The translations under genes and the position numbers were made by a program. A model generated the notes under the pieces. The model saw nothing but the letters and a program-made list of their open reading frames with translations, was not told where the DNA came from and did no database searches. Of a stretch of DNA of 64,000 nt, positions 47,468 to 55,978 are shown piece after piece (position 1 is the stretch's first letter; each line of letters opens with the position of its first letter). The DNA is from a virus (taxonomy: Duplodnaviria; Caudoviricetes): IMG/VR virus record IMGVR_UViG_3300047160_010816, positions 13,188 through 77,187 of that record. The stretch is one strand, 5' to 3'.

Positions 47468-49057
47468 ATGCCATTACCACCACTCCGACCTTTTTGGGAG
47501 ACGACGGACAGGAAGTCGGTCCGGCTCTACTGCGGGGACGTGCTCGAAGTCCTCCGCAAGATGCCGGCGCAGTCGGTCCACTGCGTGGTGACCAGCCCGC
47601 CCTATTGGGGCCTGCGGGACTACCAGACGGCCAAGTGGACGGGCGGCGATCCGGGTTGTAACCATAGAAAGCTCATTATCCCGAGGCAGGACAAGGAGCA
47701 CGGTAAGATGCACCGCATCAGCGCGGCCGCCCATGCCGAGCGTGACATGCCCTACGTGTCCCACTGTGGCCGTTGCGGGGCGCGCTGCTTCGACGCCCAG
47801 CTCGGCAGCGAGGCCCAGCCCGACTGCCTCCGCTGGGCCAGGGGCGAGAACTGTGCAGAGCAGGACTGGCCCAACGCCTGCTATGTCTGCCGCATGGTCC
47901 TGGTCTGTCGGGAGATCTGGAGGGTGCTGCGTGACGACGGCGTGTTCTGGCTGAACATCGGCGACACCTACTCGGGAGGGGGTCGAGGCAGCAAGGGCGG
48001 TCAGGGTGCTACCAGTCCTCTGCAACTGTCTAACCACGGTACGTCGGTCAGGACGCGGAAGCGGATGCCCCTTCCCTCCGGCAACCTGGTCGGCGTGCCC
48101 TGGTCCGTGGCCTTCGCGCTGCGGGCCGACGGCTGGGTGCTCCGTCAGGACAACATCTGGCACAAGCCGGGGCCGATGCCCGAGAGCGTCAAGACCCGGT
48201 GTAGCAAGGCCCACGAGTACGTGTTTCAGCTGGTCAAGAAGGGGTCGGGTTACTTCTTCGACTACATGGCGATACAGACAGACGCTGAGCCCGCGGAAAG
48301 AGTGACTGGAGGAAAATCGGGGAAGGACAAGAAGACAGGTAGTCTTGCACAGGCGGGGGCGGCCGGGACTAAACCGAGCGGGAACGGAGTCTTGGGCGCT
48401 GTTATGCGGACTGGTAATAGGGCCAACAAGCGCTCGGTCTGGACCGTCGGCTCCCCCGGCTACAAGGGAGCACACTTCGCCACGTTCCCGCCCAAGCTGG
48501 TCGAGCCGATGATCCTGGCGAGTACCTCGGAGCACGGCTGCTGTGACCTGTGCAAGGCACCGTGGCGGCGGGTCGTGGAGAGGAAGCGGCTGCCGACGCG
48601 GCCGGCGCGGGAGAGTAAGACATATGAGGACGGGGACGGTGACGTGAGGAAGTCGTCGGACGAGACCGGCAACCGCGACCCGGCCCGCCACTGCACGGTG
48701 GTCAGGACAGTGGGCTGGGAGCCGACCTGTTCGTGCCGGGGTAAGCAGGTGGCCTACAAGGTCAAGCTGAAGGGCCAGGTGGTCAGCCAGGGGAAGGAAA
48801 GGTGGGTGACCAGGTATCGCTACGAGAGCGACCTGCCCCTGGAGGAGCATCCGACGGTGCCGGGCGTGGTCCTCGACCCGTTCGTGGGCTCGGGCACGGC
48901 CCTGATGGTGGCGGTACTTCAGGGCCGGCGCGGGGTCGGCATCGACCTGAGCGAGAAGTACCTATCGAAGTACGCCGTCCGGAGAGTGGAGGGGGCACTG
49001 CGCCGGGCGCGCCGCTCCCACATCATCCCTGGGGAGGGACCTGAGAAGATCGCGTGA
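47468..49057 (+). CDS. DNA methyltransferase, beta class (N4-C/N6-A)
   Basis: VTSPPYWGLRDY, HFATFP, VLDPFVGSGT; Cys-rich insertions. Confidence 0.92.
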   Translation: MPLPPLRPFWETTDRKSVRLYCGDVLEVLRKMPAQSVHCVVTSPPYWGLRDYQTAKWTGGDPGCNHRKLIIPRQDKEHGKMHRISAAAHAERDMPYVSHCGRCGARCFDAQLGSEAQPDCLRWARGENCAEQDWPNACYVCRMVLVCREIWRVLRDDGVFWLNIGDTYSGGGRGSKGGQGATSPLQLSNHGTSVRTRKRMPLPSGNLVGVPWSVAFALRADGWVLRQDNIWHKPGPMPESVKTRCSKAHEYVFQLVKKGSGYFFDYMAIQTDAEPAERVTGGKSGKDKKTGSLAQAGAAGTKPSGNGVLGAVMRTGNRANKRSVWTVGSPGYKGAHFATFPPKLVEPMILASTSEHGCCDLCKAPWRRVVERKRLPTRPARESKTYEDGDGDVRKSSDETGNRDPARHCTVVRTVGWEPTCSCRGKQVAYKVKLKGQVVSQGKERWVTRYRYESDLPLEEHPTVPGVVLDPFVGSGTALMVAVLQGRRGVGIDLSEKYLSKYAVRRVEGALRRARRSHIIPGEGPEKIA

Positions 49058-49168
49058 AGGGACGGCGGTCACTTGACAGAATGCGCCGGGGGACGGTACA
49101 GTAATTGCGTAGTGTGGGTTATAAGGTGGCGTAACCTTTTACTCCTCGGGTTATAAGGCGGTTATAAG

Positions 49169-49885
49169 GTGGCTCGGACTTGTAGAGACAGGCGGCCGAG
49201 GGTGCAGCGCGACGTTGACCTGATGGAAACCTCCCGCCTCTGGAAGCTCGGCTTCTCGACCACGGAGATTGCCAAGTGCATCGGCGTATCCCAGCCGACC
49301 ATCGTTAACGATCTGAAGCTCATAAGGGCCGACGGGGGCCATGTCCGCTTCCTGTCCAGGCAACACGCCCTTAACGACCTGATCGACTTACAGTTCATAA
49401 TCATTAACGAGAATTGGTTGGCCTGGCAGAGGTCCAAGATGGACGCCCAGGAGACGACCTCAGAGGAATATGAGGGAGGATGGCCCTGTAAGCGCTGCAA
49501 GGGCGCGGGCATCCTTAGAGAGGGCAACGCCTGCGAAGCCTGTGAGGGCACGGGCGTGTTCACGCCACCCGGTAAGACAGTTACTAAGACCTGGGGCCGG
49601 TTACCCGAGTCGGTCTACATGCGCAACATCATGGAGGCAGCGAAGGCCGTCCGCGAGATGCTCGGGGTGGACCCACCGAAGGAGTCACTGGTCCAGGCCC
49701 AGGTGGTCAATTGGGACATTGCCTCGGTGGTCCAGAGCCTGCCCAAGCCGGGGGACCCTCCGGATGAGGTGGAGGATCGGATTGATGCCATCGTGGCGGC
49801 GCGGGTGGCCGAGCGCGACGCCCGCGAGGGAGGGCAGCAGGTGCCCATATCCGTAGAGGCCAGGGTCATCGAGCCGCCGGCGTAA
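49169..49885 (+). CDS. Probable terminase small subunit
   Basis: N-terminal HTH (STTEIAKCIGVSQPTIVNDL), CxxCxGxG insert, upstream of TerL. Confidence 0.55.
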   Translation: MARTCRDRRPRVQRDVDLMETSRLWKLGFSTTEIAKCIGVSQPTIVNDLKLIRADGGHVRFLSRQHALNDLIDLQFIIINENWLAWQRSKMDAQETTSEEYEGGWPCKRCKGAGILREGNACEACEGTGVFTPPGKTVTKTWGRLPESVYMRNIMEAAKAVREMLGVDPPKESLVQAQVVNWDIASVVQSLPKPGDPPDEVEDRIDAIVAARVAERDAREGGQQVPISVEARVIEPPA

Positions 49886-50027
49886 GGAGATGTGCTCCCG
49901 GTGACGCATGTGCCGGCGTAAGGTACACTGAAACCGAACGGTCTCATGCCGGCGTTCGCGTCCTTGAGACCGTAGACATCGGTGCCGGCGTTGGCTCGCG
50001 TGAGACCGTAGTCGGCGGTGCCGGCTT
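49875..50027 (+). ncRNA. TIGR-like array, 4 units
   Basis: Edge repeats at 49875, 49911, 49947, 49983 and 50019 (exact 36-nt period). Confidence 0.92.
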
Positions 50028-50052
50028 GTAGGAGCAAGAGACGGGAGGGGGC

Positions 50053-50346
50053 GTGGCTGATGAGGTCTACAGAATCAAAGTGGTCTGTGACCACGGCCAC
50101 CGTCAGGAAATGCTCCTCCACGGCGTTACAGAGACCTGGATTGGTGTTTACTGCGGGCTGCTGGACGGGACCAGTCAGCTGTACGTGCATCCGCCGAGGG
50201 CGGATCTAAAGAGTAGGATTGGCAGGTGCTCCTATGTGGAGCACGCGCCACAACCTCAAGACGGGGGCGGAGCGATGGAGAGAGTCTGCGAGGCGTTTAT
50301 CCACGTAACCTATGAACGGGTGGATGGACCGAGTCCGGACACCTGA
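50053..50346 (+). CDS. Hypothetical protein
   Basis: GGAGG RBS, between guide units. Confidence 0.55.
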   Translation: MADEVYRIKVVCDHGHRQEMLLHGVTETWIGVYCGLLDGTSQLYVHPPRADLKSRIGRCSYVEHAPQPQDGGGAMERVCEAFIHVTYERVDGPSPDT

Positions 50347-50356
50347 ATCGACTGAC

Positions 50357-50401
50357 CGCCGGCGTGCTGACCTGTGAGACCGTCTACTCTTCTGCCGGCG
50401 G
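50357..50401 (+). ncRNA. TIGR-like unit
   Basis: CGCCGGCGT-GCTGACCTG-TGAGACCGT-CTACTCTTC-TGCCGGCGG. Confidence 0.85.
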
Positions 50402-50422
50402 ACCTAACCAGGGAAGCAAGAA

Positions 50423-50773
50423 ATGACTGCCACTCACCAAGATAGGCTGGAGATAATCGCGGACGATGGCTTCCGTATTATCACCGGCCGCGACTACCTT
50501 TACGCATGCGACTACCCGGCGGGCCGGCGCGGCCACGTTTATACGCCGGTGTCCTTTGTCCTCGACGTGCCTTCGTACCAGCAAAAAGTGCTGGTCCGTT
50601 GCAAGAGCGGCCCGGACCGCGGCCTGCGCTTCGTGGTTACCCCGAGCAACTTCTCGTACCGATATATCATGACCCCCGACCCGGTCAAGGAGACGGCCAC
50701 CGACGCGGAAGCGAGTCCTGCTCCTCCGCGGCCGGTCAAGGTGTTGGACTTGACGAGTAGGGGCAGAGGATAA
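50423..50773 (+). CDS. Hypothetical protein
   Basis: 116 aa between guide units. Confidence 0.6.
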   Translation: MTATHQDRLEIIADDGFRIITGRDYLYACDYPAGRRGHVYTPVSFVLDVPSYQQKVLVRCKSGPDRGLRFVVTPSNFSYRYIMTPDPVKETATDAEASPAPPRPVKVLDLTSRGRG

Positions 50774-50774
50774 T

Positions 50775-51152
50775 CGCCGGCGGGTGTCATGTTGATCCCG
50801 TTGCATGACGTGCCGGCGGATGAGGTGTTGGGATCGTGCGGAGATTTGCCGGCGAGCGCGATGATGAGACCGTTGAGCCCATTGCCGGCGTAGGCAACGA
50901 TGGAGGCGAGTAGCTCATTGCCGGCGTATCCGACGATGAGACCGCAGAGGTTTCTGCCGGCCAGATGACAAAGGGGAGGTCGGGCGATGCCGGCATTGGG
51001 ACCGTGGAGTATGGTGCCCGTCTCCCCTCCTTAACCGCCGGCGTTGTCTTTCATGTTGACGGAATCACCATTGCCGGCGTCAATAATCGTGGGATCGTAG
51101 TGGGTTCTGCCGGCGTGCGAGGAGCTGAGACCGCGGCGTCAAGTGCTGGCGT
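50775..51152 (+). ncRNA. TIGR-like array, about 9 units (5 + 1 degenerate + 3)
   Basis: Edges at 50775, 50811, 50847, 50883, 50919, 50955, then 51036, 51072, 51108, 51144. Confidence 0.9.
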
Positions 51153-51159
51153 TTAATCC

Positions 51160-52836
51160 ATGACTCCCCGTGAAGAGCTTGATGCGGCCCTGGCCCGAGC
51201 CGGCGCGGACCCGTTCATCCTTGCCAGGGCCTGCTGGCCGGGCGTTCGGTTCTACGACAAACAACGTAGCATTATCCTCAGCGTCCGCGACAACAAGGAA
51301 TCGTTTGTTCCCGCGGGCAACAAACTAGGCAAGGATTTTGTTGCCGGCTTCATTGTTCTTTGGTTTTTCTTGACCCGCCACCCGTGCCGCGTGGTGACGA
51401 CCTCGGCCAAGGATGACCACTTGAGGGTCCTCTGGGGCGAGATCGGCCGGTTCCTCCAGACCTCGCGGCTGCCCCTGACGGTCGATAAGGGCGGCGTCCT
51501 CCAGGTCAAACACCAGGACATCCGCAAATTCCACAACAAAGAGCGCTGCCCCATCTCCTACCTCGTGGGCATGGTCGCCTCCCAGGACACGCTGGCGGCG
51601 ATGCAGGGACACCACGCCAACCCGATGGCGATGGCCCCGGCGGTTTGGGCTAACCTCCCCGACGAGGCCCAGTACATAGCCAACAGCTCGATGGACTGGG
51701 GTGATATTCCGCGGACCCTGTTCGTCGTGGACGAGGCCAGCTCCGTCCCGCAGGGCTACTGGACCATGGCCAAGACCTGGTTCGAGCGGGCGCTGGTCAT
51801 TGGCAACCCGTGGCCCTGTAATAACTTCTTCCGCCATGCCGTCGAGGGCCGCCCAGGCACGGAGGACGCCGGTGGCGACTTGCCCGACCCTCAGAGGGAG
51901 GGCCGCTACCTCCGCCGCGTCATCCACATCAGCGCGACCGACAGCCCCAACATCAAGCTGGCTACGAAGGAGCGGGCGCAGGGCTTCGAGCCGTCCTACA
52001 AGACAGTGACGCCGGGCGTCAAGGGCCTGGCCGAGTACACGGACAACCTGCGGACCATGACCGAGGAGGAGCAGAGCGTATCGCTGAAGGCCGAGTTCTA
52101 CAAGGGCCGGGGGACGATGTTGTTCCCCAGGGAGTGGCTCGACCAGGCGATGGAGCGCGACCTCCGCATCGCGGGCAAGCTGCGGACCGCCAAGGGCCTC
52201 GGCATCGACCCGGCCGAGGGCCAGGACAAATCGGCCTTTGCCGTCGTGGACGAACTGGGCCTGATGGACCTGATGTCCCTGCCCACGCCCGATACGAACG
52301 TCGTGGTCGGGATCACCCGCGACCTGATGCAACGGTACAAACTGAAGCCGGAGCAAGTCTGCTTCGACGCCGGGGGCGGGGGTAAGCAGCACGCGGACCG
52401 CATGCGTGCTCCTCCACTCCAGATGATGGTCCGCACGGTGGCCTTCGGGGAAGCGCCGACCTTGCCCGTCCGAGGCGGGCTGACGGCCCTGAAGGACCGC
52501 AAGGAGATTAAGGAAGACCGTTATGTGTACGTGAACAGGCGGGCTGAGATGTATGGTGAGTTGCGATTGCTCCTCGATCCCGCGTATAATCCAGGAGGGT
52601 GGGCCATCCCCAGGAAGTACGCCGAGCTGCTCCGCCAGCTGGGACCGCTTCCCTTGAAGTACAACGAGGAGGGGAGAATATGGCTCCCACCCAAGCATAA
52701 AAAAGACCCAAAGTCCGACGTGGAAACCATCGTCGATATTCTGGGATGTTCGCCGGATGAAAGTGATTCTGTTGTATTAGCAGTTCATGCCATGCTACAC
52801 AGGGCACCAACTTCTAGGGCAGGAGCCGTCGCGTGA
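51160..52836 (+). CDS. terL: Terminase large subunit
   Basis: VPAGNKLGKDF, VVDEAS, GNP; nuclease LGIDPAEGQD, FDAGGGG, PDESDSVVLA. Confidence 0.92.
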   Translation: MTPREELDAALARAGADPFILARACWPGVRFYDKQRSIILSVRDNKESFVPAGNKLGKDFVAGFIVLWFFLTRHPCRVVTTSAKDDHLRVLWGEIGRFLQTSRLPLTVDKGGVLQVKHQDIRKFHNKERCPISYLVGMVASQDTLAAMQGHHANPMAMAPAVWANLPDEAQYIANSSMDWGDIPRTLFVVDEASSVPQGYWTMAKTWFERALVIGNPWPCNNFFRHAVEGRPGTEDAGGDLPDPQREGRYLRRVIHISATDSPNIKLATKERAQGFEPSYKTVTPGVKGLAEYTDNLRTMTEEEQSVSLKAEFYKGRGTMLFPREWLDQAMERDLRIAGKLRTAKGLGIDPAEGQDKSAFAVVDELGLMDLMSLPTPDTNVVVGITRDLMQRYKLKPEQVCFDAGGGGKQHADRMRAPPLQMMVRTVAFGEAPTLPVRGGLTALKDRKEIKEDRYVYVNRRAEMYGELRLLLDPAYNPGGWAIPRKYAELLRQLGPLPLKYNEEGRIWLPPKHKKDPKSDVETIVDILGCSPDESDSVVLAVHAMLHRAPTSRAGAVA

Positions 52837-53330
52837 AACCTCACAACTTCTCCCCGCCTACAGCTCGTTTCTGGTGGAAGGTAAACAAAAATGGCCCGGA
52901 GGCGATCCTCGGGCTGGGTAAGTGCTGGATACGGACTGGTAGCCCGACTGACGCAACAAGGTACGGCTGTATCAAAATCCGTGGAAGTCAGATCAGGGTC
53001 CATCGGTTTGCTTACGAACTACTAGTCGGAGAAATACCGAATGGAGAGTGGGTCCTCCATCGGTGTGATAACATCCGCTGTGTCAACCCGTCCCACTTGT
53101 TTCTGGGTACACCCACAGACAATCACAAAGATATGGTGTCCAAGGAAAGGCATGCCCACAGTGAAAGAAACTGCAAGGCGGTGCTCACTCGGGACCTGGT
53201 CAGTGAGATTCGGAGGAGGTACAAAAAACGGTGCCCTGTTAACGGGCAAAAGGCCCTAGCTAGAGAACTTAGCGTTAACAGGAACACGATAGGTAGGGTT
53301 GTCAGCGGAGAGTTGTGGTGGCGTGTCTAG
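52833..53330 (+). CDS. HNH homing endonuclease
   Basis: CWIRTG...VHRFAY...VLHRCDNIRCVNPSHLFLGT; lower GC. Confidence 0.9.
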   Translation: MKPHNFSPPTARFWWKVNKNGPEAILGLGKCWIRTGSPTDATRYGCIKIRGSQIRVHRFAYELLVGEIPNGEWVLHRCDNIRCVNPSHLFLGTPTDNHKDMVSKERHAHSERNCKAVLTRDLVSEIRRRYKKRCPVNGQKALARELSVNRNTIGRVVSGELWWRV

Positions 53331-53416
53331 ACCCCGACGAGGCCGATGCCGTCGTGCTGGCCTGCCACGCGATGTTGCACCGCTCGCCCACCTCGCGGGC
53401 GGGTGCGGTCGCCTAA
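53327..53416 (+). pseudogene. Second, high-GC copy of the terL 3' end
   Basis: Translates LDPDEADAVVLACHAMLHRSPTSRAGAVA*, versus the TerL end SPDESDSVVLAVHAMLHRAPTSRAGAVA*. Confidence 0.9.
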
Positions 53417-53440
53417 GGGATATGTTATACTGTGGTCAGT

Positions 53441-53701
53441 GGCCGGCGTGTGGACATTTGAGATCGTAGCCGAGGATGCCGGCGTTTGTAGGTCTGAGCC
53501 CGATACCGCTAGTGCCGGCGTACCGAGACCTGGGACCGTGGATCGACGTGCCGGCGTAGAAAGTTCTGAGGCCGTAGTTCCCTGTGCCGGCGTTCCTTCG
53601 GCTGAGACCGCGGCGTCAAGTGCTGGCGTTTCTCCCACTGGGAACGTAAGTTAGAGTGCCGGCGTCGTTGGTATTGTGAGCGTAGCTCCCCGTGCCGGCC
53701 C
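53441..53701 (+). ncRNA. TIGR-like array, 7 units
   Basis: Edges at 53441, 53477, 53513, 53549, 53585, 53621, 53657 and 53693; TGtTATACT at 53423-53431 upstream. Confidence 0.93.
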
Positions 53702-53732
53702 TACACACCCTCGCCCAATAAGGAGGAGCACA

Positions 53733-53984
53733 ATGACCTGCGACGAATTCCTGGGCACCAAGGGGTGCTCCCACGAACCGCCGACCGTGGCCGAGATGTC
53801 GGCCTGCCTCAGCCATATCCAGGAGTGCCCCGCCTGCCGGGAGAAGGTCAGGGAGCACTCGGACGAGGTGGACCTGCACACGACCCAGCGCGAGAAGGAC
53901 GCCCGGCGGGCGGTGGCCGTCGCCTACTTCAATGCCCTGTCCAACGATCCCGAGTCCTGCATCTACGGGGAGTGTAACCCATGA
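53733..53984 (+). CDS. Small protein with a zf-HC2-like motif
   Basis: MTCDE...HIQECPACR; AGGAGG RBS. Confidence 0.6.
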   Translation: MTCDEFLGTKGCSHEPPTVAEMSACLSHIQECPACREKVREHSDEVDLHTTQREKDARRAVAVAYFNALSNDPESCIYGECNP

Positions 53985-54166
53985 GCCTCATCGCCGCCTA
54001 CGCGATGTGCGGGGCCGCCACCTTCCTGTGGATCTGTTACCGGAAGGATGAGGAAGAGCTGCCCGACTTGAACGTACGGGAGCAGTTCGTCACATTGGGC
54101 ATCTTCATGCTGTTCTGGCCCATCGCCCTGCTATCCCGATTGCTGGGCGTATTGTCGAACGATTGA
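53981..54166 (+). CDS. Small membrane protein
   Basis: Two hydrophobic segments. Confidence 0.55.
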   Translation: MSLIAAYAMCGAATFLWICYRKDEEELPDLNVREQFVTLGIFMLFWPIALLSRLLGVLSND

Positions 54167-54171
54167 ACCTT

Positions 54172-54216
54172 GGCCGGCGTCTATTCTTCTGAGATCGTAA
54201 GATGCTGTGCCGGCTC
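54172..54216 (+). ncRNA. TIGR-like unit
   Basis: GGCCGGCGT-CTATTCTTC-TGAGATCGT-AAGATGCTG-TGCCGGCTC. Confidence 0.88.
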
Positions 54217-54246
54217 TCTACCACTCACCAGGAAAGGAACACACCC

Positions 54247-54546
54247 ATGGCCGTAGACAGGAACCGCATCTACAAGGTCAGGTACTCCGTCGAGGGATGG
54301 AACAAGCCGATGGAGGGGAAGATCAAGCGCGAGGCCATGCCCGGCGTCAGCGTCGCCAAGGGCAGCTATGGCTATACCGACACACTGTTCCTGGCCAGCA
54401 TCATCCGCGACGACAAGGGCGAGATCGGCAGTATCCTGCTCCTCGAAAGTGACAGGGGCCACCCCTCCCGCGAGGTCCTGGAGGCGGTGCGGGATCAGAT
54501 AGAACACCACCTGGAAACCCACACGAAAGTGGACATCGGACTATGA
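54247..54546 (+). CDS. Hypothetical cargo protein flanked by duplicated guide units
   Basis: AAAGGA RBS; 99 aa. Confidence 0.65.
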   Translation: MAVDRNRIYKVRYSVEGWNKPMEGKIKREAMPGVSVAKGSYGYTDTLFLASIIRDDKGEIGSILLLESDRGHPSREVLEAVRDQIEHHLETHTKVDIGL

Positions 54547-54551
54547 ACCTT

Positions 54552-54632
54552 GACCGGCGTCTATTCTTCTGAGAACGTAAGATGCTGTGCCGGCGTTTCA
54601 AGCAATGAGACCGTAGCAAGTCTTGCCGGCTC
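54552..54632 (+). ncRNA. Two TIGR-like units
   Basis: First is nearly identical to the 54172 unit; second has spacers TTCAAGCAA/AGCAAGTCT. Confidence 0.88.
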
Positions 54633-54660
54633 TTACTCACCTTCGCCCTGGAGACTCACC

Positions 54661-55338
54661 ATGCGACACGTACTAACTACGTTTCTGCTCCTCGCCCTGC
54701 CGATACTCGCCCGCGCCCAGGGGCCGCCGTTCCGCATCGGCCCCGGCGCACCGCCTCTGTGGAAGCAGACGGAGGGTAAGCAACAGGAGGAGAAGGACAG
54801 CTGGGCCGCTGAGGTGATGAAGCAGGCCGGCGGGCCGCCGCAGTCGTGGAAGAATGACGGCGTCAAGACTGACCCCGGCGCGCCGAACGTCATCAAGCAG
54901 GCGCGGGCCATCGCCGCGGCCCGGGCAAGAGTGCGGACTAACCTCTACCGCCCCGACGGCACGCCCCTGAAGTTCAACCCCCTGACCATGCGCCAGGAGC
55001 CGGTGATGACGGAGGACGAGGCCGCCGCCCAGGCCGTCAAGAGGCTGGAGCGGGCCGAGGCCAACGTAGAGGCCAGGCACAAGCTCGACGTCTACTGGAA
55101 GCAACGCGCCCTCGATGCCAAGATGGCTCGTACCAATCCTCCGCAGGTTACTCCCGAGACCGAGGACCTGGCCCTGCGCAAGGTCACCATCGCCCTGAAG
55201 TTCCGCCAGGACGGCGTTCGGGAGTCCGACCCGCGGCTCCAGAAGCTAGCTCGGGATTACATGGAGGAAGTGACCCGTCTTTATCCAGGAACGAGAGGCG
55301 CAGCCCTGGCGAAGGGGTATCTAGAAGGGAAGAAGTAG
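54661..55338 (+). CDS. Secreted or exported hypothetical protein
   Basis: Signal peptide MRHVLTTFLLLALPILARA-Q; helical C-terminus. Confidence 0.65.
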   Translation: MRHVLTTFLLLALPILARAQGPPFRIGPGAPPLWKQTEGKQQEEKDSWAAEVMKQAGGPPQSWKNDGVKTDPGAPNVIKQARAIAAARARVRTNLYRPDGTPLKFNPLTMRQEPVMTEDEAAAQAVKRLERAEANVEARHKLDVYWKQRALDAKMARTNPPQVTPETEDLALRKVTIALKFRQDGVRESDPRLQKLARDYMEEVTRLYPGTRGAALAKGYLEGKK

Positions 55339-55346
55339 GCTATAAT

Positions 55347-55463
55347 CGCCGGCGTAGGTTACGTTGAATCCGTCCGCTAGCGTGCCGGCGTCTATCCCTC
55401 TGAACACGTAGATCGTCGTGCCGGCGTTGCAAGCTCTGGACCCGTAAACCTTCGTGCCGGCCC
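55347..55463 (+). ncRNA. TIGR-like array, 3 units
   Basis: Edges at 55347, 55383, 55419 and 55455; TATAAT immediately upstream (55341-55346). Confidence 0.9.
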
Positions 55464-55483
55464 TAACCAAGGAGGAGCAAGAT

Positions 55484-55888
55484 ATGACACGAGACGAAGC
55501 GAACGCCCTGGTTGACGGCGTTTACCGCATCACCTGGAGGGATGGCGGCAAGTCGCTGGCTGCGGTGGGTAAGGTGGCCTTCTGTAATCAGAAGTGGCTC
55601 GCACCTTGTAACTGGCTATACGTCCCCGCCGACCAGGACCCGCGGGAGCTGTGGACCATCGTCGCCACGGCCGAACTCATCGAGGCCGACACGCCCGACT
55701 CTGCTCCTCCGAAGGTGGAACCTCCGCCGTACCCGACCCCCGCCGAGACGCTGAAGAAGCTCAAGGAGGGATTCAGGAAGAGCAAGAGCCCGGTTGCTCC
55801 TCCGCCCGAGCTGAGCCTGCGCCGGCCCGACGAAGCGCCGGTGGCCAGGACCTACAAGCCGGAGCGGAACCCTTTCGAGCGGGGATAA
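55484..55888 (+). CDS. Hypothetical protein (shares its N-terminal domain with the 55979 ORF)
   Basis: GVYRITW..G..SLAAVG...WLAPCNW; AGGAGG RBS. Confidence 0.65.
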   Translation: MTRDEANALVDGVYRITWRDGGKSLAAVGKVAFCNQKWLAPCNWLYVPADQDPRELWTIVATAELIEADTPDSAPPKVEPPPYPTPAETLKKLKEGFRKSKSPVAPPPELSLRRPDEAPVARTYKPERNPFERG

Positions 55889-55904
55889 GATATAATGGAA
55901 GCTA

Positions 55905-55949
55905 GGCCGGTGTAAATCCTTGTGAGAACGTATGAACCCGTGCCGGCCC
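55905..55949 (+). ncRNA. TIGR-like unit
   Basis: GGCCGGTGT-AAATCCTTG-TGAGAACGT-ATGAACCCG-TGCCGGCCC; TATAAT at 55891-55896. Confidence 0.82.
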
Positions 55950-55978
55950 TACTCACCACCGTAGGAGAATGTATAACA

